This document shows, one piece after another, positions 1 through 7,906 of a stretch of DNA of 45,103 bases. The translations under genes were made by a program, and so were the position numbers. Position 1 is the first letter of the stretch, and each line of letters starts with the position of its first letter. Source of the stretch: a virus (taxonomy: Duplodnaviria; Heunggongvirae; Uroviricota; Caudoviricetes). Where the stretch lies: the IMG/VR virus record IMGVR_UViG_2734482790_000002, one strand, 5' to 3'. Below the pieces are notes generated by a model. The model did no database searches. It had not been told where the DNA came from and saw only the letters and a program-made list of their open reading frames with translations.

Positions 1-468
1 ATGCCAGATCAAAAAGAAAGTGAGAACACCAAACTCACTTGTGAAGAACAAAAGGATAATGAACTGGTTTCTCGAGTAATCGAAAATCCAGAGGTTTTAA
101 ACAGGGTTTTGGATAGTCCGCAGGTGCGGGCTATTGTTTGCCAGCATTTTCAGGGGCCTGTTCCGCCACCTTCAATGCTTAAAAAGTATGATCAACTGGT
201 GCCTGGGCTTGCAAATCGACTTGTTGAGTTGACCGAAAAAGAGCAGGCTCATCGCCATAAAACAGTGGCTGATAGCATTGATATTGCCAGAGATGGTCAA
301 ACAAAGGCTTTTTGGTTGGCAATATTGATCATCTTAGCTGCCACTGTCTTTGGCGTCATGGGGGAGACAGTTCTTGCCGGAACTCTCGTTTCAATAGATC
401 TTGTTGCATTGGTTACGGCATTTATTGTTGGAAAACATTATTCTAAGCAGGAACCTGATCAAGATTAG
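1..468 (+). CDS. hypothetical protein with two C-terminal hydrophobic helices; prophage-border or host-flank gene; ORF begins at the window edge so the 5' end may be incomplete
   Basis: 155-aa ORF; hydrophobic segments AFWLAILIILAATVFGVMG and LAGTLVSIDLVALVTAFIVG; followed by an intrinsic terminator; no family recognised with certainty. Confidence 0.45.
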   Translation: MPDQKESENTKLTCEEQKDNELVSRVIENPEVLNRVLDSPQVRAIVCQHFQGPVPPPSMLKKYDQLVPGLANRLVELTEKEQAHRHKTVADSIDIARDGQTKAFWLAILIILAATVFGVMGETVLAGTLVSIDLVALVTAFIVGKHYSKQEPDQD

Positions 469-474
469 TCTCCG

Positions 475-499
475 AACCCCGGTTGATGCCGGGGTTTTT
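475..499 (+). terminator. Rho-independent terminator after the first ORF
   Basis: aaccccgg-ttgatg-ccggggtt hairpin (8-bp stem) followed by a T-run. Confidence 0.7.
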
Positions 500-544
500 A
501 CACTAGCAAAGCAATATCAACATTTTTCAGCTGTATTTATTTCG

Positions 545-1663
545 TCAAACAACCAATTTAACCCATTCCTGACCACGAGTATCGTTATAACGATCGGTGG
601 TTGCCTGGACTTTATGTCCCAGTAATGTTTTTGTATCAATACCCTGCGCGCGGTACAGTCGTTCTGACAGGGAGCGTTGTTCATGAAATGTTGGCGGAGT
701 TTTTCCTGCTGGTGGAGTTATCCCAGCCAGATCCCGTGCTTTGGCAAAGTAGTCGCTCAGGTTGTCTTTACTCATCGGCTTTGGTTGTTTCTGGTGCCGA
801 CTATGGATTAGATATGGACTTAATATTCTGTCTCGGCACCCATCAATAACTTCTTTTAACGTTATCCCAATGGCATCACAGCGTAGTGTAAGCGGTAACG
901 CCAGACGCATTCCGGTTTTTCCCTGGGTGATATGCAAGTGTTCGTTCCACACATCTGAAAAACGCATGTGGCAAATGTCATCACGGCGCTGACCAGTAAC
1001 AAGCGCAAGAAGCATTGCGTTACGGATAAAGTGTTTTTCAGGCGTTGCGTTGTAAATTTTTTGCCAGTCTTCCAGGGTGAGCCTGGCTCTAGTTACTTTA
1101 GGGATCGGTTTACGGGTAGCCTCCGGAGGATTCCATCCAGGAGGAACTTCCCCTGCATGCTGTGCTTCTTTATAAATATCAACCCATAATCCACGATTTA
1201 CTCTCGCTGTGCTGACCATGTCTTTATCCAGCCACTCATCCAGTATTAATGCAAAGTCTCTTACTTCCAGTTCTTTCAATGGGTGGTTTCCCAGACGGGA
1301 AACCAGGTATGCAGCCATTCGGGCTTTTTCTTTGTGAGTTGTAGCTGCAATATCTCCATTTTTCAGTCGCGTGTCCTGTATTTTCAGATATCGATCAACC
1401 CATGCCTTTAATCTGATACCCCGACGCTTTGTTGCTGACGGACTTTCATCAATTTTGCGCATGAAATATTCAGCCTCTGCTGCAGCTATTCGCTGATTGG
1501 CTGTGGAAGCGATTTTTTCTGCCTTACCTTTGTCTGTTCCGAGCCCGTGAAATTTTCCAGTCACAGGGTTTTTATACTGGTAGTAAACTCTGCCAGTTCT
1601 GCGATCAAATTTTTCGTAAAGTCCGGCTACGTCAGTGCTGTTTTTTCGTGGCCTCGGTGACAT
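545..1663 (-). CDS. int: phage integrase, tyrosine recombinase (lambda Int family)
   Basis: 372 aa; C-terminal catalytic region with HEQRS and LGHK...DRY motifs typical of lambda-type integrases; overlaps the upstream excisionase as in lambda. Confidence 0.9.
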   Translation of the reverse strand: MSPRPRKNSTDVAGLYEKFDRRTGRVYYQYKNPVTGKFHGLGTDKGKAEKIASTANQRIAAAEAEYFMRKIDESPSATKRRGIRLKAWVDRYLKIQDTRLKNGDIAATTHKEKARMAAYLVSRLGNHPLKELEVRDFALILDEWLDKDMVSTARVNRGLWVDIYKEAQHAGEVPPGWNPPEATRKPIPKVTRARLTLEDWQKIYNATPEKHFIRNAMLLALVTGQRRDDICHMRFSDVWNEHLHITQGKTGMRLALPLTLRCDAIGITLKEVIDGCRDRILSPYLIHSRHQKQPKPMSKDNLSDYFAKARDLAGITPPAGKTPPTFHEQRSLSERLYRAQGIDTKTLLGHKVQATTDRYNDTRGQEWVKLVV

Positions 1664-1910
1664 GAGTTAAAATCTCCTTCAGTGCATCATCATCGCCAGT
1701 ATGAATTTCCGGCGCAATTCCTGTTTCACCAGGTCCAACAAATACTGCTCGGCGATCTATCAGCCAACGCCCACGAATTTTTTGTGGTCTTGGAACGATG
1801 TATCCTAGTTTTCCGTATTTCACTAGGGTAGTGTTTGTTATTGGGAGACTGAACCGTTTTGGCTTCCACTCATCGAGCGTTATCAGGTACTGTTCGCTCA
1901 TGGCTATCAC
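1632..1910 (-). CDS. xis: excisionase-like protein (start may be the internal Met at 1901)
   Basis: small basic protein directly upstream of and overlapping int; ITLDEW motif resembles lambda Xis LTLQEW. Confidence 0.65.
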   Translation of the reverse strand: MIAMSEQYLITLDEWKPKRFSLPITNTTLVKYGKLGYIVPRPQKIRGRWLIDRRAVFVGPGETGIAPEIHTGDDDALKEILTHVTEATKKQH

Positions 1911-1962
1911 TCCGGAACGCGCCAGTTGCAGAATACCAACGACAACTGGCGACGGTTGAACA

Positions 1963-4434
1963 TTAAAAATCAGCCTGACTCGGGATCAGTTTTTGCCAGA
2001 TAGCTGAAACGTATTTTGCCTGGTAACGGGCGTCATCAAGTGCATTGTGGCGCTCACCTTCGAATGGAATATCCGTTCTGGCATCGAAGTCTATGGCTTT
2101 CCCCAGCTCAACGATTGTGCGTACATCGCGATCGTTGTAGTAACGCCACGGGCAGGGGATCCCCTGCCGTTCGTATGAACGGCGCAAAATCGTGTTGTCG
2201 AAGTTGGCTCCATTTCCCCAGACCTGAACAAAAAATTCACCGGAGTTTTCGTCGATAAATTCCCGCAATTGTAACAGTGCATCATCTAACGGGATTTCAT
2301 CGGTCATAATGGCAGATTGCGCTTCGCGTGATTGCTTAAGCCACCATTTAATGGTGTCCCGATCAATGACTCCGCCAGCAGTTTCCAGATCGATAGTCTT
2401 ACTAAATTCCGGTCCCATATCTCCGGTTTGCGGATCGAAAAATATTGCACCTATTGAGATAATCGGGGCATCAGGATTTTTTCCCATGGTTTCAAGGTCG
2501 ATCATTAGATGGTCACACGTCCTGCTGGTGGATGCGATAACGTGATGACCGTTCACCGTAATTAAGGGATCTGCCGTCTCGCCAGTTTCACTATCGCTGG
2601 CGTGATCCTGAGCGCTGCCAGCATTCTCCTTGTGTGGATGTTCAGCGCCTTCCATTTTCTCCGAATCGTCTTCCTGAACTTCAACCTGGTTCTTGTCATC
2701 GAATGTTTCCTGGTATGTTGCGTCGCCCATCACTGCACCACAATCAGGGCAGTTGCCGCCACCGCTTTGACCGCAGGCGGTGCAGATCTTTTCCGGTTCC
2801 TGTTGCACTACTGGTTCAGGTTGTTTCGTTTCTGGCTCGTTTTGTTGCGTATTTGGGCTGTTTTGTTCCGCTTTCTGGTCGTTCTGTTCCGTTTCTTGCT
2901 GGTTCTGGTTCACAGAATCGCGGGTTTCAATCCCCTTCACCCATTTCGGATCATTCGGATCGCTAATCCCTGCAACAAATTCACCACGTGATACTGCAAG
3001 CAGTTCATCGGCGTCAGGCTGGCTGATATTGGCTGCCTGCATAATTTTGTTTACTTCGTCAGCGGTAACTTTTACCGGCCCTGGTTGTGCGGTCGTGTCA
3101 GATGCACCAGTATTTTGTTGTGAACCTGAGTATGTACCGTTTTTGCGGGCGAAATATTCTTCTTTCGTGATTTCAGTAGCCCCGGCAGCCAGTGCCTTAT
3201 CCAGACCAGAAAGTTTGTTTGCGCGACCGTATTTTTCGCCATCCTTGTCGGTGAAGAGGAAGTAGAACGGCCCCTCACGCTCTACAGATGGTTCGACTTC
3301 CACTTTGCATTCGGTTTTTTCGTTGTCCGGAATTGCCGTTTCCACTGCATCAGTTTCTGGTACTGGCGACGAGAGAGTATCAGTTGCGCTCTGATTTCTT
3401 CCTTCATCTTCAAACACGCCCTTTGTAGTCAGGTATTCAGTAATGTATTTGTTCAGTGCTACTGGATCTTTGTGAATGTCGATCGGACGCTCACGGACAA
3501 GGCCAAAAATAGTCTGACGGTCGTAGCGAACGGCATCGGGTTGTTTGCGCATTGATGCGGAAATGCGCTTCCAGTCTTCGCGATCTTTGTCGATAACTTC
3601 ATTTTTTGCCCAGCGATGGATGCTGCCGTCAATGTTTCCGGCATTAATATCGCCAGGCCACAGAGCGTAGGCCAGTTCTTCATCCAGCGTTTTCCATGTC
3701 TGCTTGTATTCGCGATGAGTGGCAGCAATGACCGGGTTGATTTTTCCTGTTGAATTTTCAGTGTTCTGTTGATTGGCTCTGGCGCGGGCGAGATCAACAA
3801 CAGACGTGTATTTTCCGGTTTCCTTGCGTTCACCTTCGCGACGTTTTTTCCAGATGCGCATCTCTGCCTGAATTTCGGGCCATTTGGCACCAGGCTTACA
3901 TTTATGCTTAACCCACCCGATGGCATGCAGCTTAAGCTCCGGATACATGGCGTTAACTTCTGGCATTTTCATCAATGCTTCAACGATATGTCCGTCGAAT
4001 GTTGCCATGTCTTCCTGCAACAATTCCTGTGCGCTAATCACCATATCAACGGTGATGTTTTCACATGTGTCGAACTTAACCATGACAGCGTTCTGTACTT
4101 CAGGGGCCAGCTTGTCAAAAGTGACGTTCATCGGATCGGATTCAGTCTCAACCGGTACAAAGGAAGCAGACTCCTCATCCCAGCGGTTTTCCTGCATATA
4201 TTCAGCATCCCAGGAATCGAGGGCAGGGCGGGGTATACCGGGTTTATCCTCGCAAACAAGAAATTTATAAGCGCAGTCCTGAGCAGCCGGATAATGTTCC
4301 AGGAATTGCCAGTGAAATTTTGCGCGGGCGCGACGTTCATCACCGGCTTCAATGGCAGTGGCTACAGCGACTGCACCTTCTTCCTTTATTGCCTGTTCGT
4401 CCGGAATGGCGGCGCAAATAAAGACTTTACTCAT
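1963..4434 (-). CDS. large exonuclease with C-terminal DnaQ-like (DEDDh) 3'-5' exonuclease domain; exodeoxyribonuclease VIII-like prophage protein
   Basis: 823 aa; C-terminal MIDLETMG...NGANFD...HNALDDA motifs of DEDD exonucleases; acidic, low-complexity central region with a CTACGQSGGGNCPDCG zinc ribbon; sits at the exo position of the leftward early operon. Confidence 0.6.
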   Translation of the reverse strand: MSKVFICAAIPDEQAIKEEGAVAVATAIEAGDERRARAKFHWQFLEHYPAAQDCAYKFLVCEDKPGIPRPALDSWDAEYMQENRWDEESASFVPVETESDPMNVTFDKLAPEVQNAVMVKFDTCENITVDMVISAQELLQEDMATFDGHIVEALMKMPEVNAMYPELKLHAIGWVKHKCKPGAKWPEIQAEMRIWKKRREGERKETGKYTSVVDLARARANQQNTENSTGKINPVIAATHREYKQTWKTLDEELAYALWPGDINAGNIDGSIHRWAKNEVIDKDREDWKRISASMRKQPDAVRYDRQTIFGLVRERPIDIHKDPVALNKYITEYLTTKGVFEDEGRNQSATDTLSSPVPETDAVETAIPDNEKTECKVEVEPSVEREGPFYFLFTDKDGEKYGRANKLSGLDKALAAGATEITKEEYFARKNGTYSGSQQNTGASDTTAQPGPVKVTADEVNKIMQAANISQPDADELLAVSRGEFVAGISDPNDPKWVKGIETRDSVNQNQQETEQNDQKAEQNSPNTQQNEPETKQPEPVVQQEPEKICTACGQSGGGNCPDCGAVMGDATYQETFDDKNQVEVQEDDSEKMEGAEHPHKENAGSAQDHASDSETGETADPLITVNGHHVIASTSRTCDHLMIDLETMGKNPDAPIISIGAIFFDPQTGDMGPEFSKTIDLETAGGVIDRDTIKWWLKQSREAQSAIMTDEIPLDDALLQLREFIDENSGEFFVQVWGNGANFDNTILRRSYERQGIPCPWRYYNDRDVRTIVELGKAIDFDARTDIPFEGERHNALDDARYQAKYVSAIWQKLIPSQADF

Positions 4435-4526
4435 TTTGTTTTACCTCATTACAGATTTAAGGGTGAACAAATCCCTGCCATTGCTGGCATATAAAAATGA
4501 AACCGGATATTTATTACGGTGCTGGT

Positions 4527-4718
4527 TTAAAGCCCTGCCGGGACTTCGTTATTATCCATGCGAATAACTTTATCGACCGGATAACAGTTACCGGGAATTT
4601 TCTGTTCCGCTGCGGCAGCCATGCATTCTTTCATTGAGCCGTATACGCCAGTAACCATGTCAACCGGTTCACCGGAAACAAGAAAAACCGTCAGAACAAG
4701 TGCAAATGTGGTATTCAT
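4527..4718 (-). CDS. small secreted or membrane protein (63 aa from the internal Met)
   Basis: N-terminal signal-like segment MNTTFALVLTVFLVSG; its ATG overlaps the upstream stop as ATGA (translational coupling). Confidence 0.45.
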   Translation of the reverse strand: MNTTFALVLTVFLVSGEPVDMVTGVYGSMKECMAAAAEQKIPGNCYPVDKVIRMDNNEVPAGL

Positions 4719-4903
4719 TGCCAGTATCCTTTTTGAGTCGGACGTAAACGGGCCAGCATAGAAAGAATGCAAATTTGATTTAATAACTCCCGTTCGTGTT
4801 TTCTCTTATTAATGGCATCTTCAGTAAATACAGGGTTACTGATTCTGACACCAATTTCAAAACAACCTTCAGACGTATTAACGTTTGGTAATAACGTTTC
4901 CAT
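4715..4903 (-). CDS. small hypothetical protein (62 aa), first gene of the leftward early operon
   Basis: ORF coupled to the downstream small gene; central basic/amphipathic stretch KRKHERELLNQICILSML; function unknown. Confidence 0.4.
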   Translation of the reverse strand: METLLPNVNTSEGCFEIGVRISNPVFTEDAINKRKHERELLNQICILSMLARLRPTQKGYWQ

Positions 4904-4920
4904 TATCGCGTCCTCAACAA

Positions 4921-5080
4921 TGAATTTTGTGATGCGGTGCCTGGTGCCTCCAGGTGACGTTAACCAGTTAACAATTAACGCCGGATACAGGGAAACCCAT
5001 AAACACCCGATACGGGGGAACTAATCGCTTTTTAACTGTTCCGCGTGCGCTCAGCCGCATTCACCGCATCACAAAATTCA
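4921..5080. repeat. perfect 19-bp inverted repeat pair (tgaattttgtgatgcggtg / caccgcatcacaaaattca) flanking ~122 bp that carries three TTAAC motifs
   Basis: exact reverse complementarity between 4921-4939 and 5062-5080; internal gttaaccagttaacaattaacg. Confidence 0.8.
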
Positions 5081-5381
5081 CTTTAAAAAGGGCGGACATC
5101 AGCCAGCAATGAAACTGATGCCGCCAAAGGTACAAATCAACATGGAGTGTTGTAGCGGGGTTGTCACTCAGGCGTATGGTCAACCTGACAACCCGGTGCT
5201 ACCAGTGGGGGTAAGGATAACCCCGCCATACTTACCGCCGCGCCATTTCGCGGAGTGCCACAACCGGAAGCGCACGGTCGAAGATACCGGCGACACGCAA
5301 CAGAGGGAGAAATGACTTCGCCGTGCGCTTTCGTGTTGTGTGCCTGCTTTTAACCACGTCAGGCGAGGTGGTTCCTGTCAT

Positions 5382-5425
5382 TCCCCAACGACAAGAAATC
5401 TGTATAATCTGGATATCCCCAACGA
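5382..5425 (+). promoter_or_regulatory. candidate sigma70 promoter (perfect -10 TATAAT with TG just upstream) flanked by direct repeats tccccaacga
   Basis: tgTATAAT at about 5401-5408; 10-bp direct repeats at about 5382-5391 and 5416-5425; good SD (aaggaa) and ATG at 5440 follow; the -35 is weak. Confidence 0.5.
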
Positions 5426-5439
5426 TCCAAGGAAATCAT

Positions 5440-5586
5440 ATGACAGAGCAAAGAGCACAAGCAGGTGGTGGCAATTCGACACATAAAACAGTCTGGGATC
5501 ACATACCAGAGAAAAACATTCGACCAAAACCATCTCCAGCTCCTTCGGAGGAGAGGGGGAACAGCAACAACCAAACAAGCAGGTGA
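5440..5586 (+). CDS. small hypothetical protein (48 aa), first gene of a rightward cassette
   Basis: ATG preceded by aaggaa SD; its stop overlaps the SD of the next gene; no recognisable motif. Confidence 0.35.
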   Translation: MTEQRAQAGGGNSTHKTVWDHIPEKNIRPKPSPAPSEERGNSNNQTSR

Positions 5587-5592
5587 TGATGT

Positions 5593-6039
5593 ATGGACCG
5601 GGATGATATTCTTGACAGAATTTTATATGGCTATTTTCTTGAGCAACTATTTTCTGTAGCGACTGGTCGTCTCGATAAACTTCTCTCAGTGGTGAGTATT
5701 ATCCTCGGTTCATCTGTCATTGGCGGATTCATTCCGGAAATTTCTGGCGTTTTTATTGTTGTGATCGCAACCGTCCAAACGATTTATGGATTCGGACAAA
5801 AGTCAGGTAACGCCATGAGAAAATCCGCAGAATATTTGCAGCTTTTTGATGATGCAGAAAAATATTCTGATTCTGAATTGAAAATGCAGTTAAAAATTCT
5901 GGAAAAAACGGATGATCATATTTGGTCATCACTTAAAGATATTGCGATCTTAAAAACACAGATCAAAATAGGCGTTTCCATCGAACAACAAGAGAAGCTG
6001 CCCACAAAATCTAAATTGATGCGATTTCTTTGTGGTTAG
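5593..6039 (+). CDS. membrane protein with two adjacent TM helices and a ~80-aa C-terminal soluble tail; candidate superinfection-exclusion or abortive-infection effector
   Basis: 148 aa; SD aggtga 6 nt upstream; TM1 LLSVVSIILGSSVIGGFI and TM2 ISGVFIVVIATVQTIYGF; converges on the cI operon. Confidence 0.6.
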   Translation: MDRDDILDRILYGYFLEQLFSVATGRLDKLLSVVSIILGSSVIGGFIPEISGVFIVVIATVQTIYGFGQKSGNAMRKSAEYLQLFDDAEKYSDSELKMQLKILEKTDDHIWSSLKDIAILKTQIKIGVSIEQQEKLPTKSKLMRFLCG

Positions 6040-6092
6040 GAATATCCAGAATGTTAAAGAGCATGCCGGAGATTTATCCGTGTCCGGCGCAT

Positions 6093-6117
6093 GTTCTCCA
6101 CCTCACCCGTGGAGAAC
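6093..6117. terminator. hairpin between convergent genes (probable terminator of the rightward cassette)
   Basis: gttctccac-ctcaccc-gtggagaac, 9-bp stem; followed on the + strand by ttaatgattaatt (U-rich but interrupted). Confidence 0.5.
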
Positions 6118-6504
6118 TTAATGATTAATTGATATTTTATAGTTGGCTTCAACTTTCCCATCTGAAGTGGGATGCTTTAAATCACAGGAATTAATGTTGC
6201 ACTCAGTAAAATGGTTTTTAAGGGGTTCTATTCGAATCCCTTTCTTTTCCATCAACAAACCAAACCCCTTGTTAATGATATCCATTAATTCCAGGAAGTA
6301 TTTTTCAGAGGAATCATGCTTATCAGAGTGCTGCTTCTCTTCGTACAACCCGATAAAGGCACGGCGCACGTTACCGGATATATTATCTATGGTTTCTTTT
6401 TCTACGGTACTCAGGTCAAGAGTCGCCAATTGAGAACGAACTATATTCGCTGCCATTTCCTGGAAAGGTGTTGGTAAATCTTTAAATTCCATCGTTAATC
6501 TCAT
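6118..6504 (-). CDS. hypothetical protein (128 aa), second gene of the cassette downstream of cI (rexAB-equivalent position)
   Basis: ORF whose start overlaps the upstream stop by one base (TGATG); acidic, soluble, no TM segment and no motif I can name. Confidence 0.55.
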   Translation of the reverse strand: MRLTMEFKDLPTPFQEMAANIVRSQLATLDLSTVEKETIDNISGNVRRAFIGLYEEKQHSDKHDSSEKYFLELMDIINKGFGLLMEKKGIRIEPLKNHFTECNINSCDLKHPTSDGKVEANYKISINH

Positions 6505-6734
6505 CAGTCAGTATTTCTGGATAACCAGCGACGCGCGCCAGCTTCGGTTTTAAACGTTTTGCTTTTGGTATACGTCATCGCGGTGAACGTACCGTCCTGG
6601 TTGGGAAACACGCCACATACCAGAGATTCGCTGTTGCCAAGATCGATAGTATCCATGTTGACCTCATTTCCCCTTAACGCCGGGGTAGCGGAACAAAAAC
6701 CTGCTGCATAGTTAAAGTTGAACCCTGCCGTCAT
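6504..6734 (-). CDS. hypothetical small protein (76 aa; alternative start at 6656 gives 50 aa), first gene of the cassette downstream of cI
   Basis: ORF in the same orientation as cI; the internal Met at 6656 has a better SD (gagg); C-terminal KTFKTEAGARRWL resembles small antitoxin-like alpha/beta folds but I cannot verify this. Confidence 0.5.
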   Translation of the reverse strand: MTAGFNFNYAAGFCSATPALRGNEVNMDTIDLGNSESLVCGVFPNQDGTFTAMTYTKSKTFKTEAGARRWLSRNTD

Positions 6735-6832
6735 GTTCTTACGCCTCGGGCTGGCTACTTAACCCCTGACCACTGCCTGGTAACTCGAAGTATTGCCCTG
6801 CATTCTGTGGGGTGGGGTGAGGGAATGAATGA

Positions 6833-6861
6833 AGTTTAGAAAAATGAACTTTTCAGGTCAA
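6833..6861 (-). promoter_or_regulatory. candidate internal promoter for the cassette downstream of cI (by analogy with lambda pLIT)
   Basis: minus-strand TTGACC - 17 bp - TAAACT in the cI-to-cassette gap. Confidence 0.4.
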
Positions 6862-6945
6862 TGTTTTTTTATCAAAACATTTTAAGCAGGCAGCTGTTAA
6901 GCCATCACCACGATGGCATACAGTTAATCAAATAGATGAGGTTGG

Positions 6946-7584
6946 TTAAATATCTTGTTGAATTTTAAAGCATACGCCCAATATGCAAGATAGATCATCC
7001 AGCATAATTGAAGGGTAGCGAGGATTCGTGGGGACTAAAAGAATATCCGGCCCTTCTATCTCCAGTTTACGAATGACAGGTGTTGTGGTCCCTTTGGGTA
7101 AGGCAAGGACAATATTTCCTGGTTGTACGGTTCGATCGGGATCAACAAAAACTGTTGAACCATTTGGGATGGAAACTCCCCCACCAGATGTTGACATACT
7201 GTCACTCTCTAGAACAACTGCAAAGGTATTGGCCGGGATTTCTCCGACAAGCTGCACACAAGAGGTTATTGAGGAATTTTTCATATAATCACTCCAGCTT
7301 GCTGCCTGCTGAAGTGATAGTAGCGGAACCGTTTTTATCGGCGGTAAAGATAGATCAAGCGAATCACCTGTATTTAACTCTCCTCCATTAAGAAGCCAAT
7401 TTTCGTTTACTTTCAATATCTTTGCCAGTGAACTTATGTAACGCGAGGACGGCGCTCCTCCACCGTTCATCCATTGACTTACGGAGCCTTTTGATGCGCC
7501 AGTGGCATTGACAAGGTCTTTGCCTTTCAGGTTTAGCGCATGCATACGTTGGGTTATGCGTTCAGATATTGTTTGCTTGCTCAT
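6946..7584 (-). CDS. cI: CI-type prophage repressor (HTH-XRE N-terminal domain plus S24 LexA-like autopeptidase domain)
   Basis: 212 aa; N-terminal HTH (GASKGSVSQWMNG); C-terminal S24 domain with catalytic Ser (VLESDSM) and Lys (IRKLEIEG); divergent from cro. Confidence 0.9.
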   Translation of the reverse strand: MSKQTISERITQRMHALNLKGKDLVNATGASKGSVSQWMNGGGAPSSRYISSLAKILKVNENWLLNGGELNTGDSLDLSLPPIKTVPLLSLQQAASWSDYMKNSSITSCVQLVGEIPANTFAVVLESDSMSTSGGGVSIPNGSTVFVDPDRTVQPGNIVLALPKGTTTPVIRKLEIEGPDILLVPTNPRYPSIMLDDLSCILGVCFKIQQDI

Positions 7585-7646
7585 GTTTTGATTTTAAAAC
7601 ACAGATGGTTTTGTTTCTTGACTTTCTTTGGTTTTGATTATTAAAC
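7585..7646. promoter_or_regulatory. cI-cro intergenic operator/promoter region with two 16-bp direct repeats and a TTGACT -35-like hexamer
   Basis: gttttgattttaaaac (about 7585-7600) and gttttgattattaaac (about 7631-7646); TTGACT at about 7618-7623. Confidence 0.45.
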
Positions 7647-7675
7647 TTTTGGCGTTCAGTTTTATGGAGCGACTC

Positions 7676-7906
7676 ATGAAAAAATCAGAAGTATTAGGCT
7701 ATTTTGGCGGAGTTGTTAAAACAGCCGCAGCTCTAGGAACGTCAAAAACCACAGTCAGCATGTGGGGGGAAGAGGTTCCGTGGAAATGGGCGTTGCTAAT
7801 TCAGGCAGTCACTGCCGGGGCGCTCAAATATGAGTTACACATACCGACGGTTGTCATTCCCGGTTCTGATCATAATCCGCCTTCTAACCAAGGGGGGGAT
7901 TCATGA
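7676..7906 (+). CDS. cro: Cro-like small HTH regulator
   Basis: 76 aa from the Met with a ggag SD; HTH-like ALGTSKTTVSMWG; first gene of the rightward operon, divergent from cI. Confidence 0.7.
   Translation: MKKSEVLGYFGGVVKTAAALGTSKTTVSMWGEEVPWKWALLIQAVTAGALKYELHIPTVVIPGSDHNPPSNQGGDS

Noticed and set aside
469-545. attL core between the first ORF and the integrase
   Set aside because: The other prophage end (attR) lies beyond the window, so no direct repeat can be matched; the segment is mostly occupied by the terminator of the first ORF.
5109-5315. 68-aa forward ORF in the GC-rich region upstream of the rightward cassette
   Set aside because: No ribosome-binding site, Pro-rich low-complexity translation, and it lies in a region better explained as structured non-coding DNA.
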